From: Macrostomum lignano
Taxonomy: Eukaryota
Direction: 5' to 3'
Assembly (NCBI GenBank): GCA_002269645.1
Contig: NIVC01000071.1
Coordinates: forward strand, 1 to 47,607
DNA: 47,607 nucleotides
The position numbers were made by a program, and so were the translations under genes. Below the pieces are notes generated by a model. The model was not told where the DNA came from. It saw nothing but the letters and a program-made list of their open reading frames with translations, and searched no databases. Below are positions 1 to 12,100 of this stretch, one piece after another; the stretch's first letter is position 1, and the number at the start of each line of letters is the position of its first letter.

Positions 1-199
1 GCTTGTGGCCAGCGGACGAGAGCGCCTTCAGGTCACCTTGGTGGGCGCTCAGCTCGCCTTCGAAGGCCCTCAGCTCGTTTATTAAACTCTGCAGTTCGGC
101 TGGATCAGTCAGTGCAGCTGCGACTGTTGCCGCCTGTTCTGATGACTGAGACGCTTTTTCGATTTCCGACAAGCGCCTATCAATGCGATCTTGCCAAGT
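1..199 (-). CDS. shot/MACF1/DST-like: Spectraplakin exon, spectrin repeat (partial, runs off window)
   Basis: Acceptor ctttcttacag|ACT at 200/199, phase 0. Translates TWQDRIDRRLSEIE...DPAELQSLINELRAFEGELSAHQGDLKALSSAGHK, a typical spectrin-repeat helix A/B pattern. Confidence 0.88.
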
Positions 200-288
200 C
201 TGTAAGAAAGGAAAGCAAAGTTGATATTAGTTGTGTAATATTTTTTAAATACTGACGTATTGACGTATTTATTGTTAAGGCCGCTGAC

Positions 289-534
289 CTGCGCAGTTTG
301 CAATCGATCATTGAAGTGCTCGAGCGCATCTTGCACCGACGTCAGCTGTCGGATGCGCGCGTCCGCTTCGCGTCTCAACTGTTCAAGTTTGCTGCGCGAG
401 GCCGCCGTCTTTGTTGAAAGCGTGTCCTTCTGCTCGGACGCGAGACTGTCTGGACACTTCTGCACCAGGTTCTCCGTCTGGTAGTACAGAGTGAGCAGCG
501 GCGACTGCCGGGCCAGCAGCTCGTTGTTGATATC
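289..534 (-). CDS. shot/MACF1/DST-like: Spectraplakin exon, spectrin repeat (82 codons)
   Basis: Acceptor aaatttcag|GAT, donor CAG|gtcagc, 246 nt, phase 0/0. DINNELLARQSPLL...LEQLRREADARIRQLTSVQDALEHFNDRLQTAQ. Confidence 0.88.
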
Positions 535-616
535 CTGAAATTTGGACGAATTGAGAAGACCGGTCAGACCATAGTTAGGAGTTTCAAGAAAAAACTTAAG
601 AATCAAACTAATATAC

Positions 617-763
617 CTGATTCCCTTCGAGCAGCTTCGTGTCGTTCTGCTCGTCCAGATTAGCCGGGCCCTGGGCCAGCAGCCAGTCCTCGATTCCATC
701 CAACGAATGGAGCTCCTTTTCGAGATCTTTCAGCAGATCTTCGGCCATCTTCTTGGCGTCAAT
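617..763 (-). CDS. shot/MACF1/DST-like: Spectraplakin exon, first clear spectrin repeat after the plectin-repeat region
   Basis: Acceptor tcttcaatccttag|ATT, donor CAG|gtatat, 147 nt, phase 0/0. IDAKKMAEDLLKDLEKELHSLDGIEDWLLAQGPANLDEQNDTKLLEGNQ. The 5' boundary is uncertain because a second strong acceptor lies at 816/815. Confidence 0.72.
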
Positions 764-1220
764 CTAAGGATTGAAGATGAGCGGAGCGATCGGTCAGTGA
801 GGTGCCAGTCGCTCCCTGTGGGGAGAAAACTTCAGCCAACACCGATCAGCGAAGGGTTTGAACTGATAGGAACATTTAAACAGCAAAAATTCCAAGGTCT
901 AAGCTACGAAGCAAATAGTAAGGAATTAATAGGCAAAAACGAGAAAAGCGTAGAAATTTGCATGGCCAAAATAAAATCGAGTCGTCGGAAGCAAAATACC
1001 AATACCAATAGAATTACAGATATCAATTAATTTTCGCGCGTCGAAATATCCCGTCGTAGCAGTTCGACTTTCCAGTTTGATTCGGTCGCGTCTCGAACAG
1101 GCACCACACATAAATTAGCAAGAAACACCTCAACCAGTCTTAAATCATTAATCGAATTCATCAACCATTTCTTTTAGACCATTCACCAAACAGAATTTTA
1201 TAATTTTTCAAATCACGTAC

Positions 1221-1256
1221 TTCGTTCAAATGATCCACGCGCCAGATGATCACCGA
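1221..1256 (-). CDS. Candidate 36-nt micro-exon (SVIIWRVDHLNE in phase 0)
   Basis: Strong acceptor tttctctctgctttctcgccatag| and donor GAA|gtacgt. Length is divisible by 3 and it is open in the phase of the flanking exons. No other support. Confidence 0.3.
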
Positions 1257-1726
1257 CTATGGCGAGAAAGCAGAGAGAAATTTGACACTTTTTACTGCAT
1301 CATTTTAATTGAAACTACGGGAAAAAAATCAATAAAGCATTTTTATATTTCTTCTTCTAATAAAAGACATACTGCCAAATCTATGTCCCTTCATAAAATC
1401 ATTTTATGATCCTTATCTACCCTAAGGGCATCTCTGGGCTCTATAGCTCAGGTGTGGCAACTTCAAAATAGCAATATAAGAAGCAGTTTTGCTGCTCATT
1501 AAATCACCTAATCAAAGGAAACCGTAACCGATTAAAAAGCAAAATTGAAAGTAGAGAAATTTGCGCAGAGCACTATGTAAGAACGCGGCTAAAAACGGAA
1601 CGTTGAAAACTCTAGAGAGGCATCAGACAACAATCAAAGCGAATCGGATAAATGATTTTTCTCAAGCAAGAGAGTGGCACAAAGCTACACAACAGCAATC
1701 ACTCTTCTCCGACTACAAATGCATAC

Positions 1727-4700
1727 CACTGCGTCTTCTGACTCCAAGTCTCTTGCGTCGTTGTCGCTGTCAACAAAGCCGCAGCCTTCGCAGCTGGCAA
1801 CAGCGGGCGGCGGCGGGTTGCGGTCGCCGCCGTCATCGGGGATCAAGGGACTGGGCGAGATTTCGGGAGGGTCTCTGCTGCTAACTCGCTCGGTCAAGCT
1901 CGGCATAAGCGAATCGGCGCCCATGCACAGATTTGAGCATTCGACATCAATGCTGAGAGGTTCATCAACGGCGACTGAAGTTCTGGCTGACGAAGGTTCA
2001 TCCAACGGTAGCGCCGGCTGCTGCTCTTTGCTGTCGTTTTTGTCTAGCGAGCCTCGTGTGCCGATCAGATCGGCAGGATCGATGCCGTGAAGAAAGCCGA
2101 GCTGCGCGGCCATGGAGAGCGGATAGGCGGGCCCGTGTGGTACGTGGAGCACTCCAGTGTTTGGATCCACTAGCTGATCGTCAATAGCTTCTTGAAGTGT
2201 AATTCGCCGGCCTATTGGCGACTCCAGCGACAGAGTCACACCGTTTGGATCAATAGCTCCCGTCTCGATTGCTTCCTTGAATGTCAGCGGCTTGCCGCCC
2301 ACAACAACATGCGTGTCTTCACGGCACGGACTGGCAAGGCTGCTGTCGTCGTAGGAGATTCGATCATCTAGCAACGGTGACTTGCATGTTCGGGACTCAA
2401 GCGCTGGCTCTGGATAATCCGATGTGTACACTATGTCCATGGACATTGATCCTAGAGACATCAGCGAAGTGTCGTTGAGCGTTGGAGACGCTTCAGCTTG
2501 CTCAGCGTTTGATCGTCTTTGCTGAGGCAGATTCGCAGACTTCTTCGGCAGTGGAAACGACATCGATAGATCTTCGCTGCGCGGCGTGAAATTGCCAATA
2601 GAGTCGTCTTCTGTATCCTCTTCGACCATTTCGATGGTTTCACTGTCGCTTGGAATGTCGATATTGTCAACAGAAGCTTCGTCTTTTCGTCCGGTTGAAC
2701 AAACAGATCCATGCTGAGGAGATTGCACCGCTGATTCTGGTTGGCCAGTGGTATGGAACTCTTGTTCAGGCGTTATTCGCATCGGCTCGGCCGCCTTGAT
2801 TTCGATTTCTGTCACAGCCATGGGATGCTGAGTTGGCATAGACTGTTTTGTTGTTGCAAACTCCATCTGTTCTACTTGTTCTTCGTTTAGTTCAGCAACT
2901 TCCGATTTAGGTGCGAGTCCTGCTGTCTTTATGTCACTCTCGCATCTGAGGTGAACTGCGAGCACCAGTGTTTCTGAGTTTACCACCCTGATAGCATCCT
3001 TCGCTGCACGCCTAACTTTGCACACGAAATCAGTCCTCTTTAATGTTAAATCGCGTTCGTCCACTGTTTTTTCATCGCTCCCTAATTTATCTTTTGAATG
3101 AAAATCGGATGAAATCGGTTGATTTGCATCGTTTTCAGTTGAAGCCTCAGCTTGGCTATCGATGTGCAGAGACTGCTCAAACTCAACACTTGCACCATCA
3201 AGTTCAGTTTCCACTGGCGATTCAAAGCTTCTCTCCAGCTCGATTGCGGATTCAAGTCCGGATTCAGAAGGGTTCTCATGCAAACCTGTGCCCTTGTAGT
3301 CTGGAACCGAGCAAACTGAATCTCGGGAGTCCTTTCCAGAACTTCTCAGTTTAACTTCCAACACAGCTGTCTCTCGTTCAACCACATGAGGCGTTACGAC
3401 GTCATGCCTATCCCCGGAAGTGGCATCTCGATGGGAAAGGTTAGATCCTCTGCGACCAATGGACTCATTATCTTCCTCGAAAAGTACTTCGAAGTCACTT
3501 TCCGACTGGTTGAATGAAGGCTCGCGACTGTTCTGATGAGGCTGCAGTTGATTTTGCGAATCCGTACTTTTTCCTGAATCATCAAAACTTTCATGCTTAA
3601 TATTGATAGGCTGCATAACTGACGTGACGGACGCATCGCCTGCTGTTGGATCTACCGACATCAAGTCTTTATCACTAGCTGAACTATCTGCATCTGGGTT
3701 TGTGTCATCATCAAGGTGCATTGAAATCTCCAGACTGGTTGTATTTTCTGTTGCTTCTTCGCCGAGGCCTTCTGGTGTCGGTAGGTTGTCACTACGCTGT
3801 CTAACGTTTTCGGCATCAGCTGACTGATCAGGTATTTGCAGCGAAACAGCAAGCACCATTGTCTCAGTGTCCAGCGTAAAAGTACGATTTGCAAGCCCAG
3901 AAGTTTCAAGAACTGGTCTTCGGAACTCCTCAATAAAGCCTGCTTCGCTGGTTTCTGCCTCTTCAAATGGTGGCTCTAAGGAAATGCTGAGGGATTCGAT
4001 GTCACTGAACCTGCTATCGGGCTTTTTCAAGGACTCAAAATCTTCATCAGATGGTACAGTTGCAGTGTCGAGAGATTGTGAATCCTCCCGCTTCGAATCG
4101 AAATCTATTTCCTTTTCAAATTCACCTAAATGCACTTCAGCTTCGGGCTTAACACTTGTCAGATCGTCAGCAGCGATTTCACAAGAGCTTAATTCGTCAG
4201 ACTGACCTTCGACTACTTTGCTGGAGCTTTCGGGGCATTTTAAAAATGCGTTTTCCTCATCGTCTGTCTTATCATTGCGAAGCGTGACAGCCAGCCCATG
4301 ATGTTCGATGTCCATTTTCATATGGACTCGCTTGACATCGGGACTTTCCTCGGAAATTTCCTCTGTCTCTTCCAGTGTCCCAAACGAGTTAAGTCGTTTT
4401 CTTTTCTGCAGACTATCGGATGTCAAAGATCTACCGATTCTGTAGTCTTGGAATTCTTCAGGTTCATCCAGCTCCATCGAGATTGATATAATTTCACTCT
4501 CTGTTGCCTTGGACTCAACCTCAGCACCTCCAGCATTACTCAGCGAACTTTCGTGAAGTAATCGTTGGTTGTCATTCTGGGGCTCATCGAGCTCGAGCGA
4601 AATTGAAATCGTTTCAAATTCTTTTTCCACTGCAGGGAACTCCTGATTATCAGCTGTCGGTTCCTCTCTGCTTGCAAGCTTGACTCCGCTTTCTGGCTGC

Positions 4701-7700
4701 TCGCTGTGGCTTGGTGAGGGATGCAGATTCTTCAACGAATCAACTTTTAAATTCTCGTTACTTGTGCCTAAAATAGGGACCTCAGAATCTTCTTGTTGCA
4801 CGACTGCCATGTCATTCGAGTGAATGTCTTTTCCATTAGACACTCCTTCATTAGGCCGGAGGTCTGGGTAGAACTCGGAATCCGCGGGACTGAAACCTCG
4901 ACACGCAGGTTGGTCAAGGTCAGCTCGAGCTGTCAACTGTTGATTTTCTAGCCTTGATTTTTCGCTGAGAGATTCGCTGTTGGAATCAAGCATATGGTCA
5001 CCAGCAGACTCACTATGGTCCGGTTTTGAAGAGTTAAACTCTTCCTGGCTTGGTTCAGACCCAAAGCTGTTGTCTTTTGAATCGGTCAGTTTATACACCT
5101 TGTCAGGTGCCTGTTGGCTTGATTTGAGAATGACTGTAGCATCGCTAGGACTTGACCCGGAGTCTGAGTCGTAGTCATCATCGTCAGCTTCCTGACGTAG
5201 CTGAGCTGCAAGCACGTGACTCTCCGAGTCAAAACTGCTTTGTACAAGTGGCTCACACTCAGGCTCATTTGCTTCTATATCATCAGTGTCAAACAGACTT
5301 TCCTCTGTTGTTTGAGAAACAGTATTTACGTCTTTTAGTCCTGGTGTGACGTCAGAATGCTTGCTCATTTTCTCCACAGCAGTTTCCGGGAAGTGTTTGG
5401 AGCCTGGCATCTGCTGACGTGAGGGACTGTGTTTCTTGAGACATTCTTCGCTAAGCAGATCAGTCGGCTCACATGATTCCGAAAGATGCTTTGAAGACGA
5501 TCTTTCCGTTTCTGCAGTACTTTCGAAACTTTTCTCAATCCCGATGGTTGGAAAACCAGATGGAGAGTCGCCTCTCTTGGAATCCTCGGTACTGTTGCCA
5601 GCTGATTCTCCTTCATTTGCACCGCTCTCCTTTGGAATCGGCTCAAAATTATTTGACGAAAGATCATTGCGCCGAAGAAACTCTGGAACTGGTACAGCTT
5701 CATTTGGTTCGGTAGAAGCCTGGTCAGGAAAGCCAGACAGAAGATTTTCATCATTCCTGCACAGTCGCACAGCTAGGACATAGGTTTCCGTCTCCGCAAC
5801 ACGCTGAAGAGGCGCTCTGTCTTCTGCTTTGCTGCTAATTTCCTTATCATCCGGGAAAGTAGCATAAAACTGTGAGGCCGTTGTTCGCATTTCGATTGGC
5901 TGATGCTCGTGATTATCTAGAGTTGATTTATGCACGTCTTGCTGGGTGTCTGAAACACTGGTGATATGAGGCGGGCCAATTAGTGATGAATCTTTAGATG
6001 AACTGTGAATAGATGAGCCGTCGTCCATCGCACTCTCAGCAGCTCGCTCACTTTCCTGTACTTTTCCAGATTCCTGGAATGGTTGACGGTTTTGATCAAG
6101 TTCCTCTTCCTGTTCAGCGTCACCGCCCAGCTTCTCTGCAGCGTCTGCGATTTCCGACTCTTCATCCCGGTGTCGATTAGACTGTAAAATTTGGTCGGTC
6201 TTTCCACTGAACTTTTGCGAGTCCGGCTCAACATCTTTGACGTCGGCTGACTGAGTGACACCAGAATCTGCAGCAAAACCAGTCGGCTCATTGGTGTCAC
6301 TCTCCAAGGCATTCTCTGTAGTTTCTTTGCGCTTATCGACATCCTCATTCCGGTTTCTAATTGGTTCAGAGTCTTCCTGCTCACTGAGCTGGCGAATACA
6401 ATCAGAGTGAGAAGATTGCTCTGCCCCTGAACAAAGAACGTCATCGGCTGTGGTCTGTGCCTCCCAAGCCATGCGCTTGAAGTGTTCGGCTGGATTTTTA
6501 ATTACCACTGAAATGAACTCTTCGACTTCTTCAGAATCAGAAACTGAAATTTGCTCGTCGTCATATTCGCGCATTGGTTCACCAGCCTGCAGCTGTACTG
6601 CAAGAACGGCCGTCTCTGTATCAACAACAGTGTGAAAATTTTCAGGCAGATCATTCCTAAATGATTTCGCGCCTCGATCAGTTTCTGCAGCATCTGAAGG
6701 TGTGCGGTATTCCTTTGAATCCTTGCCAGATTGGTTACATTCATCTGTGTCCTGAGAATCAAGCTTTGAAGGAAACTCCTGCAATCCAGCCGGTGATGAT
6801 GCCTGAACGTTCACCCTCTCGGCCTTGCCCTCGTCACCCCAAAAGTCGAGGGTCTTTCCATCGTCACCTGATATTAGCTCATCGTCCAATTTGTCCTTGC
6901 GCTGTTCAAATGCGTCTCTCTCAGATTTGGCACCAATTGACGATTCGGATGCAGATTCATCATCATCAGCGATTGGAGTTTCGCTCACCTCTCTAATCTC
7001 TTTCTTGTTGTCCATTCTGACTTTTTGCTGGATTTCTTCGAGAAAAGATGCCAGCTCTTCTTCGCTGGCTGATGGGCGGGGCGCATTATCTAATAAATTT
7101 TCTGAGTCGGCTGTTTGGTCATTCTCGCCATCATTGGCCGCAAAATTCGGCCTGTCAGGCTTATTCTTCATCAAATCATCTCTGTCTGAGGACTCGCAAG
7201 GCTTTGTGAAGTCCGGGTGTAGAGAAGGCTCGGGTTCAACATCGAGATACTTCTCGGCGGGTTCAGCTTGGTTATGAAGGATTTCTTCCGAATCGTTGGA
7301 ACTGACGGATTGGTCTTCATAGCGCTCTAGCGTGCCGGTCCTGGTGGTGGGCACCAAGTTGTCATCAGATTCATAAGGCTGATCTTTCAGGCTTGCAGAC
7401 TCCGTACGAAGCTGCACGGCGAGAACTTGAAACTCGGAGTGTACAATTTTTTCGACACCTTTAACAGCTTTTATGGTAGGTTTCTCAGTGTCATTCGAGC
7501 TTTGGGATTTGGTTATTCTGCTTGGCTGTGTCTCCGTGGCGCTCTCGTTCTCATCTTTCAATGCGCTCACAAGCTTAATTGAGTCTTTATTTTCACTCAA
7601 ACTCTCAGCAGCTGGAATCGACTTTCGAGTTTGCTGCTCTTGTTTAAGAACAGATTCGCGCCTCTCCGTGTTGGCTAACATCTCTGTTTCGGAAAGAGGT

Positions 7701-8611
7701 CGTTTCAAACGGTACTCCGTGTCGCTAACGCCTTTATCAGGCTCGAACTCCAGACTGTCGGGCAGCTTGCGTTTACCAACCGGCACTGAGCTGACAGCTT
7801 CGGAGGGAAGGAACAGAGACTCTCCAGGTAGAACACTGCCCATTTCTTGATCCAACGGTTGATCCAGCAAGTTGCTTGTATCGCAAGGCTGCTCTTTTAT
7901 CGTAGTCGTAGATGGCAACACTTCATGTTCAGCAGTTTTTGAGTTGAGAATAGACTCTGAGCCATTGATGTCTGCTACTGAACCGGCTGCTGACTCAGGA
8001 CGGCTTGATCTGTCTAAAAACCCGGCATTAGTCGCATCAGCGCCCCTAAGAACAACATGGTCTGAAATCTTTGCTTTAGACAACACAGGATAGCTGACAG
8101 CCGCTGCCAGCTGCACTGGCAACTCCTGAACAACGTGTCTGTTCGCCTGCACTGGCTCAGCATACGACGCACCAGAGGTGCAAGCCTCAACCACCTCATC
8201 TTCGAACTCTACCAGCATGGAAACGTCTAGCTCAATCTGCTGACCGTGAATGACGTCCTCAAAGCAGACGCTCGAAGCGTCTGAACTTACTGAGATGTCC
8301 ACGATTTCGTGGTCATCAGCTTCGGACTGCTGAGAATTGAAATCTGAGTCGTCGTCATGTTTCTTGGGCAGACTGCGCTCGATAGAGACGCGTTCACGAC
8401 CTGACTGAATGGCATCAAAAGCCTTATCCACAGCTTCTTCTAAGCCTTGCTGCTTCTCAAAATCCACGTCCGCGCTCGACAGGCCTGATGGAGAAGCCGA
8501 CTGACCGAGCGAGTTAGGCTTAGTCTGCAAGCCAGAGACTAAATGACTGCCAGCATTCTGGGGCTGAGCATATTGGTTAGAGCTTTGGTTAGGGGTTTGG
8601 AAGCTCGAGGT
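1727..8611 (-). CDS. shot/MACF1/DST-like: Giant exon (2,295 codons): acidic Ser/Glu/Asp-rich low-complexity region ending in a plectin-repeat cluster
   Basis: Lies within ORF 1685-8617. Acceptor tttccttttttgttcggccacccatgcag|ACC, donor GTG|gtatgc, phase 0/0. Plectin-repeat motifs at ~2070-2310 (LTFKEAIETGAIDP, ITLQEAIDDQLVDPNTG, YPLSMAAQLGFL). Confidence 0.85.
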
Positions 8612-9123
8612 CTGCATGGGTGGCCGAACAAAAAAGGAAAAGTGTTAGATTTGTTATGTTTGAGAAAGCAACAATACAAAAATAGTTGCGTAAGTAATAT
8701 TGCAAGGTAAAACTGTAAAAGAAGCATTAGAAAATATTGATCAGCAGCTGCAATGCAATCCCTAAGACGTATTTTCGCTATGGCCAGAAATTTAGCGTAT
8801 GTTCGCGCATTGGTTTTAGACAAAAAAATGACAAAAAATAATTTGCTGGCCAAGCGCTCTTTAGCTACAGCGATCAAAGCTTCGTTATTATTCACACTCC
8901 GTGCGGTCCACTCGATAATCGGATGTGTGACTGAGGTGATCACGAGATCTGGTAGCTGATTTATAGTAAAAATCGCAATCAAAAACTTTAATCAATCAAG
9001 TGGCTGTTAAATTTCAAATATTAGATCCAATTTTGTTTCCTAAGTTATGTCCACTACGTAAGCCAAGCGAAAATCAGCGACACTCTTGCGCAACTTTTTT
9101 TCAAAAAAGACTATTTTACCAAC

Positions 9124-12100
9124 CTGATTTGGAATGCTCACTTGCAGCGCATCTTTGACGGCGAGTTCAGACTGACCCGCGGCACCCAGAGACAGCTCTG
9201 GGATGCTTCCCGCCGCTGGTTTACCACTGGATACCCCCTCAGCCAAGTCCGGGACATTCAGTTCTGCAACAGTCTGTTCTGTTGAATCTGCTGCTTGACC
9301 CGATGTGTCCTGATCGGATGAAAAATCGTTGGCATGCTTTAAGGAAGGCTCACCAGCACTATCTGCAGGTTTCTCTTTATCGATACCGCTAAAGCATGGG
9401 ATTGCTTGTTCCTCGACCAGCTGATGAGATTCCACAGATCGCGTAGGGAAGGCAGGTTGTTCCACCGGATCGTGTACGGCTGTCGATGAAAGCTTTGGAT
9501 CCGCGACGCTTTGATCGTTTCTCTGTTGAACATCCGAATCACCGCTCAATATTGCTGGCTCAGCTCCAACTGAATGCACTGATGGCTGCAGCTCCAAATC
9601 AGACGGCTGCAATTCCGATTGGCCAGACCCAGTTTGTGGGAGATGATCAGAACCTAAGATGACGGTTGGTTCTTCATGCTTTGATTTAGAAAGACTTGGC
9701 TGCTGTACTGATCCAGAAGGATCTACAGTTGACATCGATGCTGATCCAGGAAGGCCTATTAAAGGTTGGTGCTGCTGTTCTGATCCAGCAAGGCCTGTAG
9801 TTGGTTGTCGTTCTGATGCAGCAAGGCCTGTAGTTGGCTGCTGTTCTGATCCAGCGAGGCTGGTAGTAGGCTGCTGCCGTTGCTCAGATCCAGCAAGGCC
9901 TGTTGAAGGCAGTCGTTCTGATCCAACAAGGCCTGTATTTGGCTGCTGTTGCTGTTCTGATCCAGCGACGCCTGTAGCTGGCTGTTCCTCTGATCCAGTG
10001 AAGCCTGTTGAAGGCTGTCGTTCTGATCCAGCGAGGCCTATAGTTGCCTGCTGCTGTTGTTCTGATCCAGCAAGGCCTGTAGTTTGCTGTTGTTCTGATC
10101 CAGCAAGGCTTGTAGTTAGCTGCTGTTCTGATCTAGCGAGGCCTCTAGTTGGCTGTTGCTGTTGTTCTGATCCAGCAAGGTCTGTAGTTGGCTGCTGTCG
10201 TTGATCTAATTCAGCGAGGCCTGCTGAAGGCTGCTGTTGTTCTGATCCAGCGAGGCCTGTAGTTGGCTGCTGTTCTGATCCAGCAAGGCCTGTAGTTGGC
10301 TGTTGTTCTGATCCAGCGAGGACTGTAGTTGGCTGCTGTTCTGATCCAGCGAAGCCTGTAGTTGGTTGTCGTTCTGATGCAGCAAGGCCTGTAGTTGGCT
10401 GTTGTTCTGATCCAGCGAGGACTGTAGTTGGCTGCTGTTCTGATCCAGCGAAGCCTGTAGTTGGCTGCTGTTCTGATCCAGCGAGGCCTGTGGTTGCCTG
10501 CTGCTGTTGTTCTGATCCAGCAAGGCCTGTAGTTGGCTGCTGCCGTTGCTCAGATCCAGCGAGGCCTGTTGAAGGCTGTCGTTCTGATCTAGCGAGGCCT
10601 GTAGTTGGCTGCTGCTGTTGTTCTGATCCAGCAAGGTCTGTAGTTGGCTGCTGTCGTTGATCTAATTCAGCGAGGCCTGCTGAAGGCTGCTGTTGTTCTG
10701 ATCCAGCGACGCCTGTAGTTGGCTGCTGTTCTGATCCAGCAGGGCCTGTAGTTGGCTGCTGCCGTTGCTCAGATCCAGCGAGGAATGTAGATGGCTGTTC
10801 CTCTAGTTCAGCGAGGCCTGTAGATGCCTGCTGCTGTTGTTCTGATCCAGCGACGCCTGTAGTTGGCTGCTGCTGTTGTTGTGATCCAGCGAGGCCTGTA
10901 GTTTGCTGCTGCTGCTGTTCTGATCCAGCAAGACCTGTAGTTGGCTGCTGTTCTGATCCAGCAAGGCCTGTAGTTGGCTGCTGTTCTGATACAGCGACGC
11001 CTGTAATTGGCTGCTGTTCTAATCCAGCAAGGCCAGTAGTTTGCTGTTGTTCTGATCCAGCAAGGCCTGTAGTTGGCTGCTGCCGTTGCTCAGATCCAGC
11101 GAGGCCTGTAGTTGGCTGCTGATCTGATCCAGCGACGCCTGTAGCTGGCTGTTCCTCTGATCCAGCGAGGCCTGTAGATGGCTGTTCCTCTAATTCAGCG
11201 AGGCCTGTAGATGACTGCTGCTGTTTTTCTGATCCAGCGACGCCTGTAGTTGGCTGCTGCTGTTGTTGTGATCCAGCGAGGCCTGTAGTTGGCTGCTGTT
11301 CTGATCCAGCAAGGCCTGTAGTTGGCTGCTGTTCTGATCCAGCGACGCCTGTAGTTGGCTGCTGTTCTAATCCAGAAAGGCCTGTAGTTGGCTGCTGCTG
11401 TTGTTCTGATCCAGCGAGGACTGTAGTTGGCTGTTGTTCTGATCCAGCAACGCCTGTAGTTGGCTGCTGTACTGATCCAGCAAGGTCTGTAGTTAGCTGC
11501 TGATCTGATCCAGCGACGCCTGTAGCTGGCTGTTCCTCTGATCCAGCGAGGCCTGTAGATGGCTGTTGTTCTGATCCAGCAAGACCTGTAGTTGGCTGCT
11601 GTTCTGATCCAGCGACGCCTGTAGTTGGCTGCTGCTGTTCTGATCCAGCAAGGCCTGTAGTTGGCTGCTGCTGCTGTTCTGATCCAAAAAGGCCTGTAGT
11701 TAGCTGCTGATCTGATCCAGCGACGCCTGTAGCTGGCTGTTCCTCTGATCCAGCTAGGCCTGTAGTTGGCTGTTGTTCTGATTCAGCGAGACCTGTAGTT
11801 GGCTGCTGCTGTTGTTCTGATCCAGCAAGGCCTGTAGTTTGCCGCTGCTGCTGTTCTGATCCAGCAAGACCTGTAGTTGGCTGCTGTTCTGATCCAGCAA
11901 GGCCTGTAGTTGGCTGCTGTTCTGATCCAGCGACGCCTGTAGTTGGCTGCTGTTCTAATCCAGAAAAGCCTGTAGTTGGCTGTTGTTCTGATCCAGCGAG
12001 GCCTGTAGTTGGCTGCTGCTGTTGTTCTGATCCAGCTAGGCCAGTAGTTGGCTGCTGCTGTTGTTGTGATCCAGCGAGGCCTGTAGTTCGCTGCTGTTCT

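Noticed and set aside
109-699. 196-aa ORF as a single coding unit
   Set aside because: It runs through two introns. Only 289-534 is in the true frame; 617-763 and 1-199 are coded in other frames.
1685-1726. Read-through past the 1727 donor to a stop, as a plectin/VAB-10A-like short terminal isoform
   Set aside because: Short read-through to a stop is expected by chance at any donor, and there is no convincing AATAAA on the minus strand nearby. Not excluded, but unsupported.
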